Below, in pieces: positions 47,501 to 53,406 of a DNA stretch of 53,406 nt. Source of the DNA: a virus (Duplodnaviria > Caudoviricetes); IMG/VR virus record IMGVR_UViG_3300030708_002291, positions 1-53,406 of that record; one strand, written 5' to 3'. Made by a program: the position numbers and the translations under genes. Each line of letters begins with the position of its first letter. Position 1 is the first letter of the stretch. The notes under the pieces were generated by a model. It did no database searches and was not told where the DNA came from. It worked only from the letters and a program-made list of their open reading frames with translations.

Positions 47501-47808
47501 GGCTTTCCAGAGATGTGGGCTGTGAACGTCATTCTGTCTTGATCGAATGGAGATCCATAGGTCAACTTGTATTGTCCCGGCTTCTCGACAACGACCCCAC
47601 CATAGTCTGGTATGATGAATGCATCAATGGTGAATGCTCCTCGTATGGCATTGAGGGGATTCGATAGAGCCTCATAGTGGACAGCGCCTATCTTGCTGGC
47701 CTGACTACCATCCTTGCCCGACTCTCGGAACCTTCCTGTGGGGACTACGAGCCCGTCAGTGATGCCATTCAACCTAACGGCCTTGCTATGGAACTTGATC
47801 AGAGGCAT
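41560..47808 (-). CDS. Very large tail protein with N- and C-terminal LamG/concanavalin-like domains (2082 aa)
   Basis: FTIDAFI.P...CFING..V...IGG...F.G.IESVRIS at the N-terminus; FSITCFIK...W.FVG.T...LYI...I.ELAIHNRVLT..E at the C-terminus. Confidence 0.75.
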   Translation of the reverse strand: MPLIKFHSKAVRLNGITDGLVVPTGRFRESGKDGSQASKIGAVHYEALSNPLNAIRGAFTIDAFIIPDYGGVVVEKPGQYKLTYGSPFDQDRMTFTAHISGKPVSITTPFNVRTERTAHSGSYSGGEHKPHGMTEGTQGLVMVTAQYTRKDLKCFINGDLVAKLNLGDDGGLLDESSSDLFIGGQGGEFRGIIESVRISQGEINPVVQPLTRLESTFGLWSFNDEQSIPDVRFFNNARSAYTHQGRDGADTHDGLFDIPMVAMGHTFDTSGHFKIRDFSSNPGSVTDQYTALEKLASLATGIPLSEISGQSWYSTSLDLGDETYVGTVKSTPLNAVINHSGYHPMTGTSTGPSSREVTYASDSAGSATSTTDLDPMQNLIERVRITAIDFANSRVSCESILLSNDGSGNPQAQGMLFSHTNDTPVWFTVGKADIIIDPGSTTRAANVNTRAEFTFGQRFSDTTEYRNDAYFFSPKSRISGSTSSALLSATDTYGYHGAVTSNTLVEGDFFLKMIPAAESQTVKQTVQGIANTFETMDDDITIQSVISQNDIVRVTEPVFSGPISRVINRAQTVGAIMADTNAANRIVVESGIGFNDKSASTRDEIVAIAVSNPKPFMLKGLDTEHTGDIQGGVPTNDAYIRHLTPLDTPRIATIDSPSALVSAGGPSKILVYYDAIDLTGEVVAGTGLTSSDVNSKFAADHATGNQAYLVVRKTVPHGSAIYNNKTVSDYLRRPTSTTTVADVLLTITAPGGLISLPTATFNDKAASHTLRSNPTGDITPSPFINIEDTVLGVGTGIRGYGRPKAIPSINTPDDTSNSDYHILHVSGSTATDNTSHRDEFLRPSSMNRGNLLGFDVVDNELKGNESLVLVHPANVNRHSGLSDIEDTYKQPNDLLTATVERSLMRGRIEEIEPVTNGDGEPMLIIRGRSILMDIIDARTDRDFDLGEGMPIKEIGDLGTPTVTMTMAGPGQGAIDVNPIYSTHPHFPGWKDRVIGSGNASVRNDSQTSTYYASTRALVEIPLFPSMFFDTEKRLSTTTDPGDPLPSDRSFDMTIDCTMTAINRAQMRETESAFAVDWGLRNTVSSIETTDKLAELHIEPDASHYTLCQRPSVQAVVTAVDSSDAYIDVDDWSAFVAATGERGDSTGLSTTFYITIGQGVGTYAKNGMIAKVQLSGTTNRINILGLWNPYVVPSPTGGSAITVNSSSQLPTRATLDVSSNISIGMTVVLGGYLIASKGGYGATNEPDIIFDPSSASVHSQIITAVRNCLGLPSDRVHVDPQNSNRVLIRDGPNMEGLVFDPFELYDSFNDRTNILPLQCKTAHLLLKGKKADGSGLEFIRPQSIDFSDITNRINEFDGAFNEVIRRINMAGHPLAKNADGGSAFDPPTIFPATAGDTKTGTHMGHVRAYPGKDVESAEGERGRTLVIHSTVPGASGRNFCIRMRNRTPYPYKPASIVGVGGLLATNSRSYSPNSFPAPLPISEDGKTFAPVSVLKGAPHGQVLQQGSTSAVRSYDGIGGILRVNTVGTPQMIDNSSPPAMVDPVFGSISTTINHIAVEKKALDHALRHSRNTVGGIIRIDGQLASFDEVSPVKHNGSYLNDQHLGSNCVFFRNVVPRGNPADFARAIHNTSDSPLDGIEIEIIDPLIDTEAIIFFAGGHTGTVFDISDGTSNDYSDEYKHFLSKGPTGFSGFQNLHEVSTASAVLDFTDITDDDTINDNTMRGIHNKMEVDSNGDIVPRSLLYVRMNDTISGSSFTRAQEITDDLYGSSLRLTASAAQSSSNGPANSVDSTSKALLFDSSTGYPVVSTADYLSSAVVPEYGPLNGFDPSGDFSITCFIKGNIMHGPIISGYLHDDYFGLHVGYASTNTTNKQHLSFMGYGGTNQVVSFAANQNTGSDVAQNDNKNYLLLPTNDWIFVGFTHGAHHSKCKLYIGPIDDFTAPVADLDDDSEADSTTSKVASLPSGFTASAELAELPSAYGGGTTPTNGLVMIGASLLRDPIVNGVMRAGSPFTDTSFNGILNSNFNSGASKTLLIGEDNSGSTSVTSSSNPIHAANMQISELAIHNRVLTFAEMTEIGNAKTVW

Positions 47809-47811
47809 TCA

Positions 47812-49035
47812 TCAAATCCCCACTAACTGCTCGACTACCGTCATTTGGAGAGCGTATGTATATACGCTATCACCTGCTTGATACTTGGGAGAGAAGTTAG
47901 TGACGATAGCAGGGATGGCTACACCTTGCTCAAGGAATGGATTTGGTCTTGTCGTGACCCCATCCTCTATCGTGGTTGGGTCATATGGCTTGTTGTTCGA
48001 TACGGATGAATGGTCGGTCCCCAACCCAGAGGGTATGATAAATTGCCTCAACACCGTTGCAGAGGTGCTGGATGATGCTATCGAATCGTATGGTATTCTG
48101 ACACCGACAATGAATTTCTTGACCGTCTTGGACTCTGATATGTTCAGGAATTTGGAGGGATCGAAGGATGACACACTAGATGGAAGGTTGATTGAGTTCC
48201 CCAATGCAGCACCGGGGTTCAATAGGGCTCCACCAGCACTCATGTTGGCTAGATTCAACAGATCCTGAACCTTATCGCCCTTCGTCAATTTCGATGATGC
48301 CTTACCGCCAGAGAAGTCAGAGACATAGAATTGTGTTGACCAATCCTGACCGACTGAGCCTTTCGTCACTGAGACGAAGGTGTCTCCACCTTCTCCTGTC
48401 GTCTTGTTCGTGATGGTAATCTTCTCACCATCGAATCCAGATCCACTTTGTAAAGACTCGGAAACCGACTCAAATACGCCTGATGACTGACTGACAGTCA
48501 GAATGGTATTGACAGCAGTGGTGGTGGTGTTGACTTTGACACTCGCACCGCTTATCGCAGATGCTATGGCGTCAGCAATCGCATCGCTGGTCGTGAGCCC
48601 GTTTGTATTCACATACACTATGCTGTTCGTAGCAACGGATGCCGATCCACCGCCATCTCTCAGTATGACTGTGAGATCCTCGCCCAATCCAGCATTCAAC
48701 TGCCCTATCGTGCTGAAGTTTATCCTGACATCCTCGACAGCCGCTGCGTTGATCGTCCCTATAATCTCCTTCCATGTCGAACCTATGGTCTTACTTCCAT
48801 TCCTCGATAGGTCGATGGTGAACGATGACCCGATGCCTCCTGAAGCCTCTAAATCATCTGTCAGAACCCCTTCTATGTTTATCGATACATTAGTCATATT
48901 CATGTCAGTGCCAGTTCTCGTTGCTATTACTGGAATGGGACCAACTGCCACCAATCTGCTCATATCGAATATTATCGACTCTGCATCTAATTCTATGATG
49001 CCGCTGTCGCGCCTGATGAGTTGAATCTTAGGCAT
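47812..49035 (-). CDS. Tail protein downstream of the tape measure (distal-tail-like)
   Basis: Position after the TMP; beta-rich, S/T/G-rich. Confidence 0.55.
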   Translation of the reverse strand: MPKIQLIRRDSGIIELDAESIIFDMSRLVAVGPIPVIATRTGTDMNMTNVSINIEGVLTDDLEASGGIGSSFTIDLSRNGSKTIGSTWKEIIGTINAAAVEDVRINFSTIGQLNAGLGEDLTVILRDGGGSASVATNSIVYVNTNGLTTSDAIADAIASAISGASVKVNTTTTAVNTILTVSQSSGVFESVSESLQSGSGFDGEKITITNKTTGEGGDTFVSVTKGSVGQDWSTQFYVSDFSGGKASSKLTKGDKVQDLLNLANMSAGGALLNPGAALGNSINLPSSVSSFDPSKFLNISESKTVKKFIVGVRIPYDSIASSSTSATVLRQFIIPSGLGTDHSSVSNNKPYDPTTIEDGVTTRPNPFLEQGVAIPAIVTNFSPKYQAGDSVYTYALQMTVVEQLVGI

Positions 49036-50600
49036 CAGATACCCCTCCCGTAGCCACCGGACCTAGATCTGGAGCGGAAGGCTCGTTGAACTTCCTGTCC
49101 GACGAGTTTGGCAACCTCCTTCGCATCTCCCTTGGCCCCATTGACGTTTATGTTGAAAGTGACGGTATCCCCGCCACCCATCTTACCAGCGCCCTGCAAC
49201 GAAACTGGAATGGTCCTCCCATCTGGAAGAGGCACTACCGCTTCCGTTCCATGCAGAGCGACTGGATATCCGCTGGTGGGTCCAGTTGCAATGCCACCAC
49301 TACTCATACCAAACCATCCTCCAACAGTATCCACTGCCCCTCCAATGGCTCCTCCAACAGTATCCACCACACCACCAATCGCGTCTGTTATCGGACTCAA
49401 CGCCTCCGCGATTTCATCGATTAATTCCATGACGAGATCATACATGCCGCCGAACAATGATTCGATGCCCCCGATTGCCCATGAGAATACACCGAGTATC
49501 TTTCCACCTAAGCCATCGAAGAAGTTCCCTATACCTTCAAATATCCTCTCTATCGCCCCTATGAAATCGCCTTCAAGCAATTTGATCAACACATCCAACG
49601 TGAATGAGAAGAGAGTCCCCAACGCGCTGAAAACTGGTTTTGCGAATTCATACAGGCCCACCAAGAATTTTATCGCATACTCAAGCACAGTTCCAAGAAG
49701 AGTGCCTGCCAAAGCAGCCAGATCCCCAAGCCTCAACATTACAAGGACTATGAAATCCAAAACACCTGCTTCGTATAAGAAATTCATAAGTCCGGTGAAT
49801 CCGTTTATTATACCAGTTAATATCCCTCCTAGAGATATACCTGTGTCATCCATGCCCTCTTTTATCCCGCCGAATATATTCATGAATCCAGTATAGATGC
49901 CATTGGCGGCATATATGAGAGCGTCAAAGAAACCTGCCTCTTGCAGTGCGTCATACAATGTGTATAGAGCGCCGACTGAATATGACATGGCTATGCCAAT
50001 TGCATCCATGAAGTCTTGGATATACGGTTGCAGAAACACGAAGGCCTCGCCTATCTTTTCTATCATGAAAACAAGGCCGGAAAAGGCAATGGGGGCGAGG
50101 ACCAACATAAGATCAAGAACATCGGTCAAACCAGCCTTGAGAATAGAATAGTCAAATGATCCGATATAGTCCAAAGCAGCGGAACCCGCACTTAAAAGCC
50201 AGTTAAAACCATCTGATAAGGCTTGTAGCCCCCCTTCTAAGGATAAGGTCCCTGTTGCAGCAGACGCAAGGACCGCTCCCATGCCGACCAAGAGAGCGGT
50301 GAAAAACAACACTGCGTATTTTAGATTCTTGAATAAACCTACAACGAGGGTAAGAGGTGCAGATAGAACCGCCATAGCCTTCCCGGTTAGATTGATTTGC
50401 TTATTGAATGGATTGAAAACAGCAATCAGACCTCGTATTGTAGCCTTCATGTCAAGATACAAGTCATATACAGGACCAAGGGCTGTTTTCTTCAATTTAA
50501 CAGTGAATATTGTAAGCGCATTAGTCCTTGCCGAAACCTTCTCCAGTGCGAGTCCCATCTTTCTGATATCGATGATGGTATCGGCTGTCTTCGTCATCAA
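49035..50600 (-). CDS. Tail tape measure protein (521 aa)
   Basis: Amphipathic G/A/I/F repeats; SSGGI.TGP..G.....HGTEAVVPL and NINVNG C-terminal motifs; follows the chaperone pair. Confidence 0.85.
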   Translation of the reverse strand: MMTKTADTIIDIRKMGLALEKVSARTNALTIFTVKLKKTALGPVYDLYLDMKATIRGLIAVFNPFNKQINLTGKAMAVLSAPLTLVVGLFKNLKYAVLFFTALLVGMGAVLASAATGTLSLEGGLQALSDGFNWLLSAGSAALDYIGSFDYSILKAGLTDVLDLMLVLAPIAFSGLVFMIEKIGEAFVFLQPYIQDFMDAIGIAMSYSVGALYTLYDALQEAGFFDALIYAANGIYTGFMNIFGGIKEGMDDTGISLGGILTGIINGFTGLMNFLYEAGVLDFIVLVMLRLGDLAALAGTLLGTVLEYAIKFLVGLYEFAKPVFSALGTLFSFTLDVLIKLLEGDFIGAIERIFEGIGNFFDGLGGKILGVFSWAIGGIESLFGGMYDLVMELIDEIAEALSPITDAIGGVVDTVGGAIGGAVDTVGGWFGMSSGGIATGPTSGYPVALHGTEAVVPLPDGRTIPVSLQGAGKMGGGDTVTFNINVNGAKGDAKEVAKLVGQEVQRAFRSRSRSGGYGRGI

Positions 50601-50962
50601 TCAACCCTCATATCAGTGTTAATCCTATCGAAGTAATCTCCAAGATCGGCGGCATCGCTGGTAGTGCGTATGGGCCTTCCCTTATTTCGGTTGCCCGTCG
50701 CGTTATACCGTCGAGCCTCCTTTTGTATCTTCTCCTGCTCCTTCGATTGGATCTCCTGCATCGATTTTACCATGAGATAGTCAAGATATACGCGCTCCAC
50801 GGGTTGATCGTCCCATGAATGCGGCGGACAGTTGAAATGAGAACCAAGAACGTATGTTATGGTGTTGAATGTCAGGACCATAACCTGCTTCTGATTGAAA
50901 GGATTTTTCTCCCCTCCACTCGATATGTAATCGACCAGATCGGAGTATTTTATTCCAAAGGG
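50597..50962 (-). CDS. Tail assembly chaperone, frameshifted C-terminal part (gpT-like)
   Basis: The -1 frame is open from the slippery site at 50962 into the ORF at 50881-50597; PPHSWD motif. Confidence 0.7.
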   Translation of the reverse strand, partial: PFGIKYSDLVDYISSGGEKNPFNQKQVMVLTFNTITYVLGSHFNCPPHSWDDQPVERVYLDYLMVKSMQEIQSKEQEKIQKEARRYNATGNRNKGRPIRTTSDAADLGDYFDRINTDMRVD

Positions 50963-51312
50963 GAGGGCTCGCTCGTTCCTGCGATTCCCCCCATCAAATC
51001 CTCTATCTTGGGGAGAACTTCCCTAATTGCATTCCCCACCTCTGGAGTGAGGTTGAACAAATCGTCCTTCGTCAGAGATGGGCTGGTGCTTTCCACGCAG
51101 TTGACCAGCACATATCTCCAATATCCACCGAAGTCCACTTTAGGCCTCATTTCCTCGCCATCGACCACGAAGTCAACGAAACTAGACAGTGCCTGTTGCT
51201 GTTGTAGCCACGTCATAGGCTTGACGAACACGACCAGTTTCCCCGCAGGGGTATCCAATTCATGCCTCTCAGCATCTGTCTTTATTGTAAAATCACTCGC
51301 CTTCAGCGCCAT
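50950..51312 (-). CDS. Tail assembly chaperone (gpG-like)
   Basis: Lies between the tail tube and TMP genes; slippery site at its 3' end. Confidence 0.75.
   Translation of the reverse strand: MALKASDFTIKTDAERHELDTPAGKLVVFVKPMTWLQQQQALSSFVDFVVDGEEMRPKVDFGGYWRYVLVNCVESTSPSLTKDDLFNLTPEVGNAIREVLPKIEDLMGGIAGTSEPSPLE
50956..50962 (-). other. Programmed -1 ribosomal frameshift heptamer C CCT TTG
   Basis: X XXY YYZ heptamer one codon before the stop of the chaperone gene; the -1 frame continues without a stop. Confidence 0.75.
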
Positions 51313-51658
51313 CTTCCGTCACCACTTCTTCATCCATTTCTTCAACCGCTTCATCCTCGGTTGGGGCTGCACCCGGATTCGCAACCTCCCATGCTCTTAG
51401 CCTCGCAATAAGATCGGCTTTTGTGCCATAGACAGGCTCGCCCCTCTCACTGAGCATGAGGCGTATATCAACAACGGTCATCTCCTCATATCCATCGTCA
51501 TACTCCTCTTTCACTTCTTCAATAACTTCAGGCATGGGGATCGTCAATTCGACCTCATGCGCTGAAACACCGGGACCAGAAGTCACGCCAGTGCCTGAAA
51601 TCGTCCAATCCAATTTCTCCCTCGTTCCATTTACGGTTATGAATCCCCTCAATCGCAT
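51293..51658 (-). CDS. Acidic protein with SAP/HeH-like domain
   Basis: YEEMTVVDIR..L.ERG.PVYGTKADLIARL matches the SAP consensus. Confidence 0.7.
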   Translation of the reverse strand: MRLRGFITVNGTREKLDWTISGTGVTSGPGVSAHEVELTIPMPEVIEEVKEEYDDGYEEMTVVDIRLMLSERGEPVYGTKADLIARLRAWEVANPGAAPTEDEAVEEMDEEVVTEDGAEGE

Positions 51659-51692
51659 CGTATATCCTCTCCTGCTCCCGGTATATTATTGT

Positions 51693-53406
51693 TCATAGTG
51701 AATAGTATGGTGAATGCTCAGTCACCTTGAGATGTCGGATCACCAACTCGACGTTCGCAATGATCGGACCCTTGTCAGCGGGTATCTGATGATCGGCTTT
51801 GATGATCGTGTAGTCCTCGATGGTGATCGTGGCCCTCTGCCTTGTGCTGGCGCTTCCGGGCTTAGTGAGGGTTAGGGTGATGTCATTGGTGTTCTTGTGG
51901 TGCTTCCTCGTCCTTACCTGCTCCCACAGTCGGTCATCTTCAACCATGGCATCGAAGGTGAACGTGTATTCCCTCTGTGCCTCTGTGATGTCCATTGGGA
52001 ACTGCGTAGCGCCATGCTGCACTTGGTCGGTGTCGGACGTGGTTCCTTGGTGTCCTCGTATGAACCACCTTGCCGTGTTGTTGTTGGCTATGCCGAAGTT
52101 GAATTGAGTGCCTCTAAGGATAGGCCTGCCGAAGGCCTCTATGCTGATGTCTTGGAAAAGGTACGGCTTCTCACCGTCAACCGCTATACCAGATACCTTT
52201 CTGTTGGTGGCGCTGTTCGCAGTGTTGTCGAACATCCTGTGAGGGTTGAACCTAGATCCGGTGTCGGTGTAGTGCCGGGACGCCTCATACGCGGAGTTCA
52301 ACTTCAACTCGCCCTCGGTATCTGCTGACACCTCCAAGGAGTTGACCTTGCAACCGCTGTATATCCTCAGTAGTTGGTCGCCACCGGGGCTGGCATCTGT
52401 GCTTCTGAAGGACTGCTCTATGGCGAAGGAGGGCACAGTGGTATGGCCGAAGATGGTATGCTCGACGCCATGCACCAATTCCTTCGTGGTCCCGTTGATG
52501 TGGGGGCTACCTCTTGCACTGTCCGTCGAATACTGGAGTCTCTCGATACCACATGATGTCGCTGTGTGTGCGAAGGTGAAGGGCTCATCGACGTATAGGT
52601 ATGGCGAGTCAACGGCGATGACCCTCCTGATCTCATGCTTCTGGATGGTGGCTGGGGTCGCATCTTGACTTGGTATGATATGTGTGTCCTTGTCGAATAT
52701 CTGGATGTAGTCGCCAGCAGTGAACTTGCCTGCTGATGTGGATGAAACCTCGATCCTGTTGTCTCCCTCTGTGACGGCAGCGGCTGGCACTGGCATCACA
52801 TACAGGGTCGCGCCGGAAGAGAGAGCAGCAGCGGCTGCTCCTGAGTCTATGTCAGCGATTCCATCAATGACGTGTGATGAGGCGTTGAGCGTGGCATAGG
52901 AGGCCAATAGTGGCGCACCGCTTGATATGACCTTCAAGACACCGCCAGTGAGGGGCTTCTCAGCGAATATAGCAGTGGTGTCCAGCGTCACTTGATCCGA
53001 TGTCGTTGAGGCCACATCGCCTCCGATCATCACGATGTCCCCATCTGCGCCGCCAGAGATGCTGCTCAGTCCTGTCACGGTCAAGGTCGTGATGTCTGTG
53101 ACAGCGGCGCTGTTCCCGTTTGATACCTTGACCACTCTCGCGGCATTCGATCCGGTTGCTATGTTCAAGGGAAGGGCCCCGACCACGGTCTGCCCTGAGA
53201 AACTGTTCACCGATGAGAATTCACCCACGCTCTTTGAGGAATGACCGCCGAGGGCGTATTTCATCCACCTCAAGGTGTGAGCGTTCAACTGGATGGATCC
53301 ACCAGAGAGAGTCTCCCTTCCGCTGGTAATGACGTTGACATCCCTGCCGAGCCCGATGACGTGCTGCTTCCTGACATCGATCTCTGGCTCAGGGAGCGTG
53401 AACTCG
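51693..53406 (-). CDS. Major tail (tube) protein with inserted domains; partial, starts beyond the right edge
   Basis: Frame open to the window end (EFTLPEPEIDVRKQHVIGLGRD...); PSFAIE...R.YSGCKVNSL.VS...GEL tube-like motifs. Confidence 0.7.
   Translation of the reverse strand, partial: EFTLPEPEIDVRKQHVIGLGRDVNVITSGRETLSGGSIQLNAHTLRWMKYALGGHSSKSVGEFSSVNSFSGQTVVGALPLNIATGSNAARVVKVSNGNSAAVTDITTLTVTGLSSISGGADGDIVMIGGDVASTTSDQVTLDTTAIFAEKPLTGGVLKVISSGAPLLASYATLNASSHVIDGIADIDSGAAAAALSSGATLYVMPVPAAAVTEGDNRIEVSSTSAGKFTAGDYIQIFDKDTHIIPSQDATPATIQKHEIRRVIAVDSPYLYVDEPFTFAHTATSCGIERLQYSTDSARGSPHINGTTKELVHGVEHTIFGHTTVPSFAIEQSFRSTDASPGGDQLLRIYSGCKVNSLEVSADTEGELKLNSAYEASRHYTDTGSRFNPHRMFDNTANSATNRKVSGIAVDGEKPYLFQDISIEAFGRPILRGTQFNFGIANNNTARWFIRGHQGTTSDTDQVQHGATQFPMDITEAQREYTFTFDAMVEDDRLWEQVRTRKHHKNTNDITLTLTKPGSASTRQRATITIEDYTIIKADHQIPADKGPIIANVELVIRHLKVTEHSPYYSL

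Noticed and set aside
1-53406. tRNA/rRNA genes, integrase, transposase, capsid, portal and terminase genes
   Set aside because: None recognisable by eye in this window; head genes probably lie outside it. A tRNA scan was not possible.

Overview
About 53 kb of a tailed dsDNA virus with archaeal-type genes (group II chaperonin, PriS-PriL primase fusion, ERCC4/XPF nuclease, MCM-like AAA+ protein, TFB-like repeat). It is most consistent with a virus of marine Euryarchaeota such as a Poseidoniales/MGII 'magrovirus' (inferred from gene content; no search was run). Layout: (1) 1-2251, minus-strand genes carrying a shared peptide tag; (2) about 2252-3210, a repeat-rich non-coding region between divergent genes; (3) 3.2-20 kb, plus-strand early arm of tightly coupled small genes plus an ArdC-like protein, SF1 helicase, pyrimidine-dimer glycosylase and thermosome; (4) 20-30.8 kb, replication/recombination module with no DNA polymerase; (5) 30.8-32.9 kb, small tagged or basic proteins; (6) 32.9-53.4 kb, minus-strand tail module with a -1 frameshifted tail chaperone pair. 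The strongest candidate for an undescribed system is a portable ~12-aa leader, F-x-x-A-W-x-[ILV]-x-[KR], found on at least 9 otherwise unrelated proteins (including an ADP-ribosyltransferase-like protein and a HExxH protein), which may be a capsid-targeting/processing tag. A second signal is strong enrichment of the palindrome CCTWAGG in the early arm. All family calls come from motifs recognised by eye.
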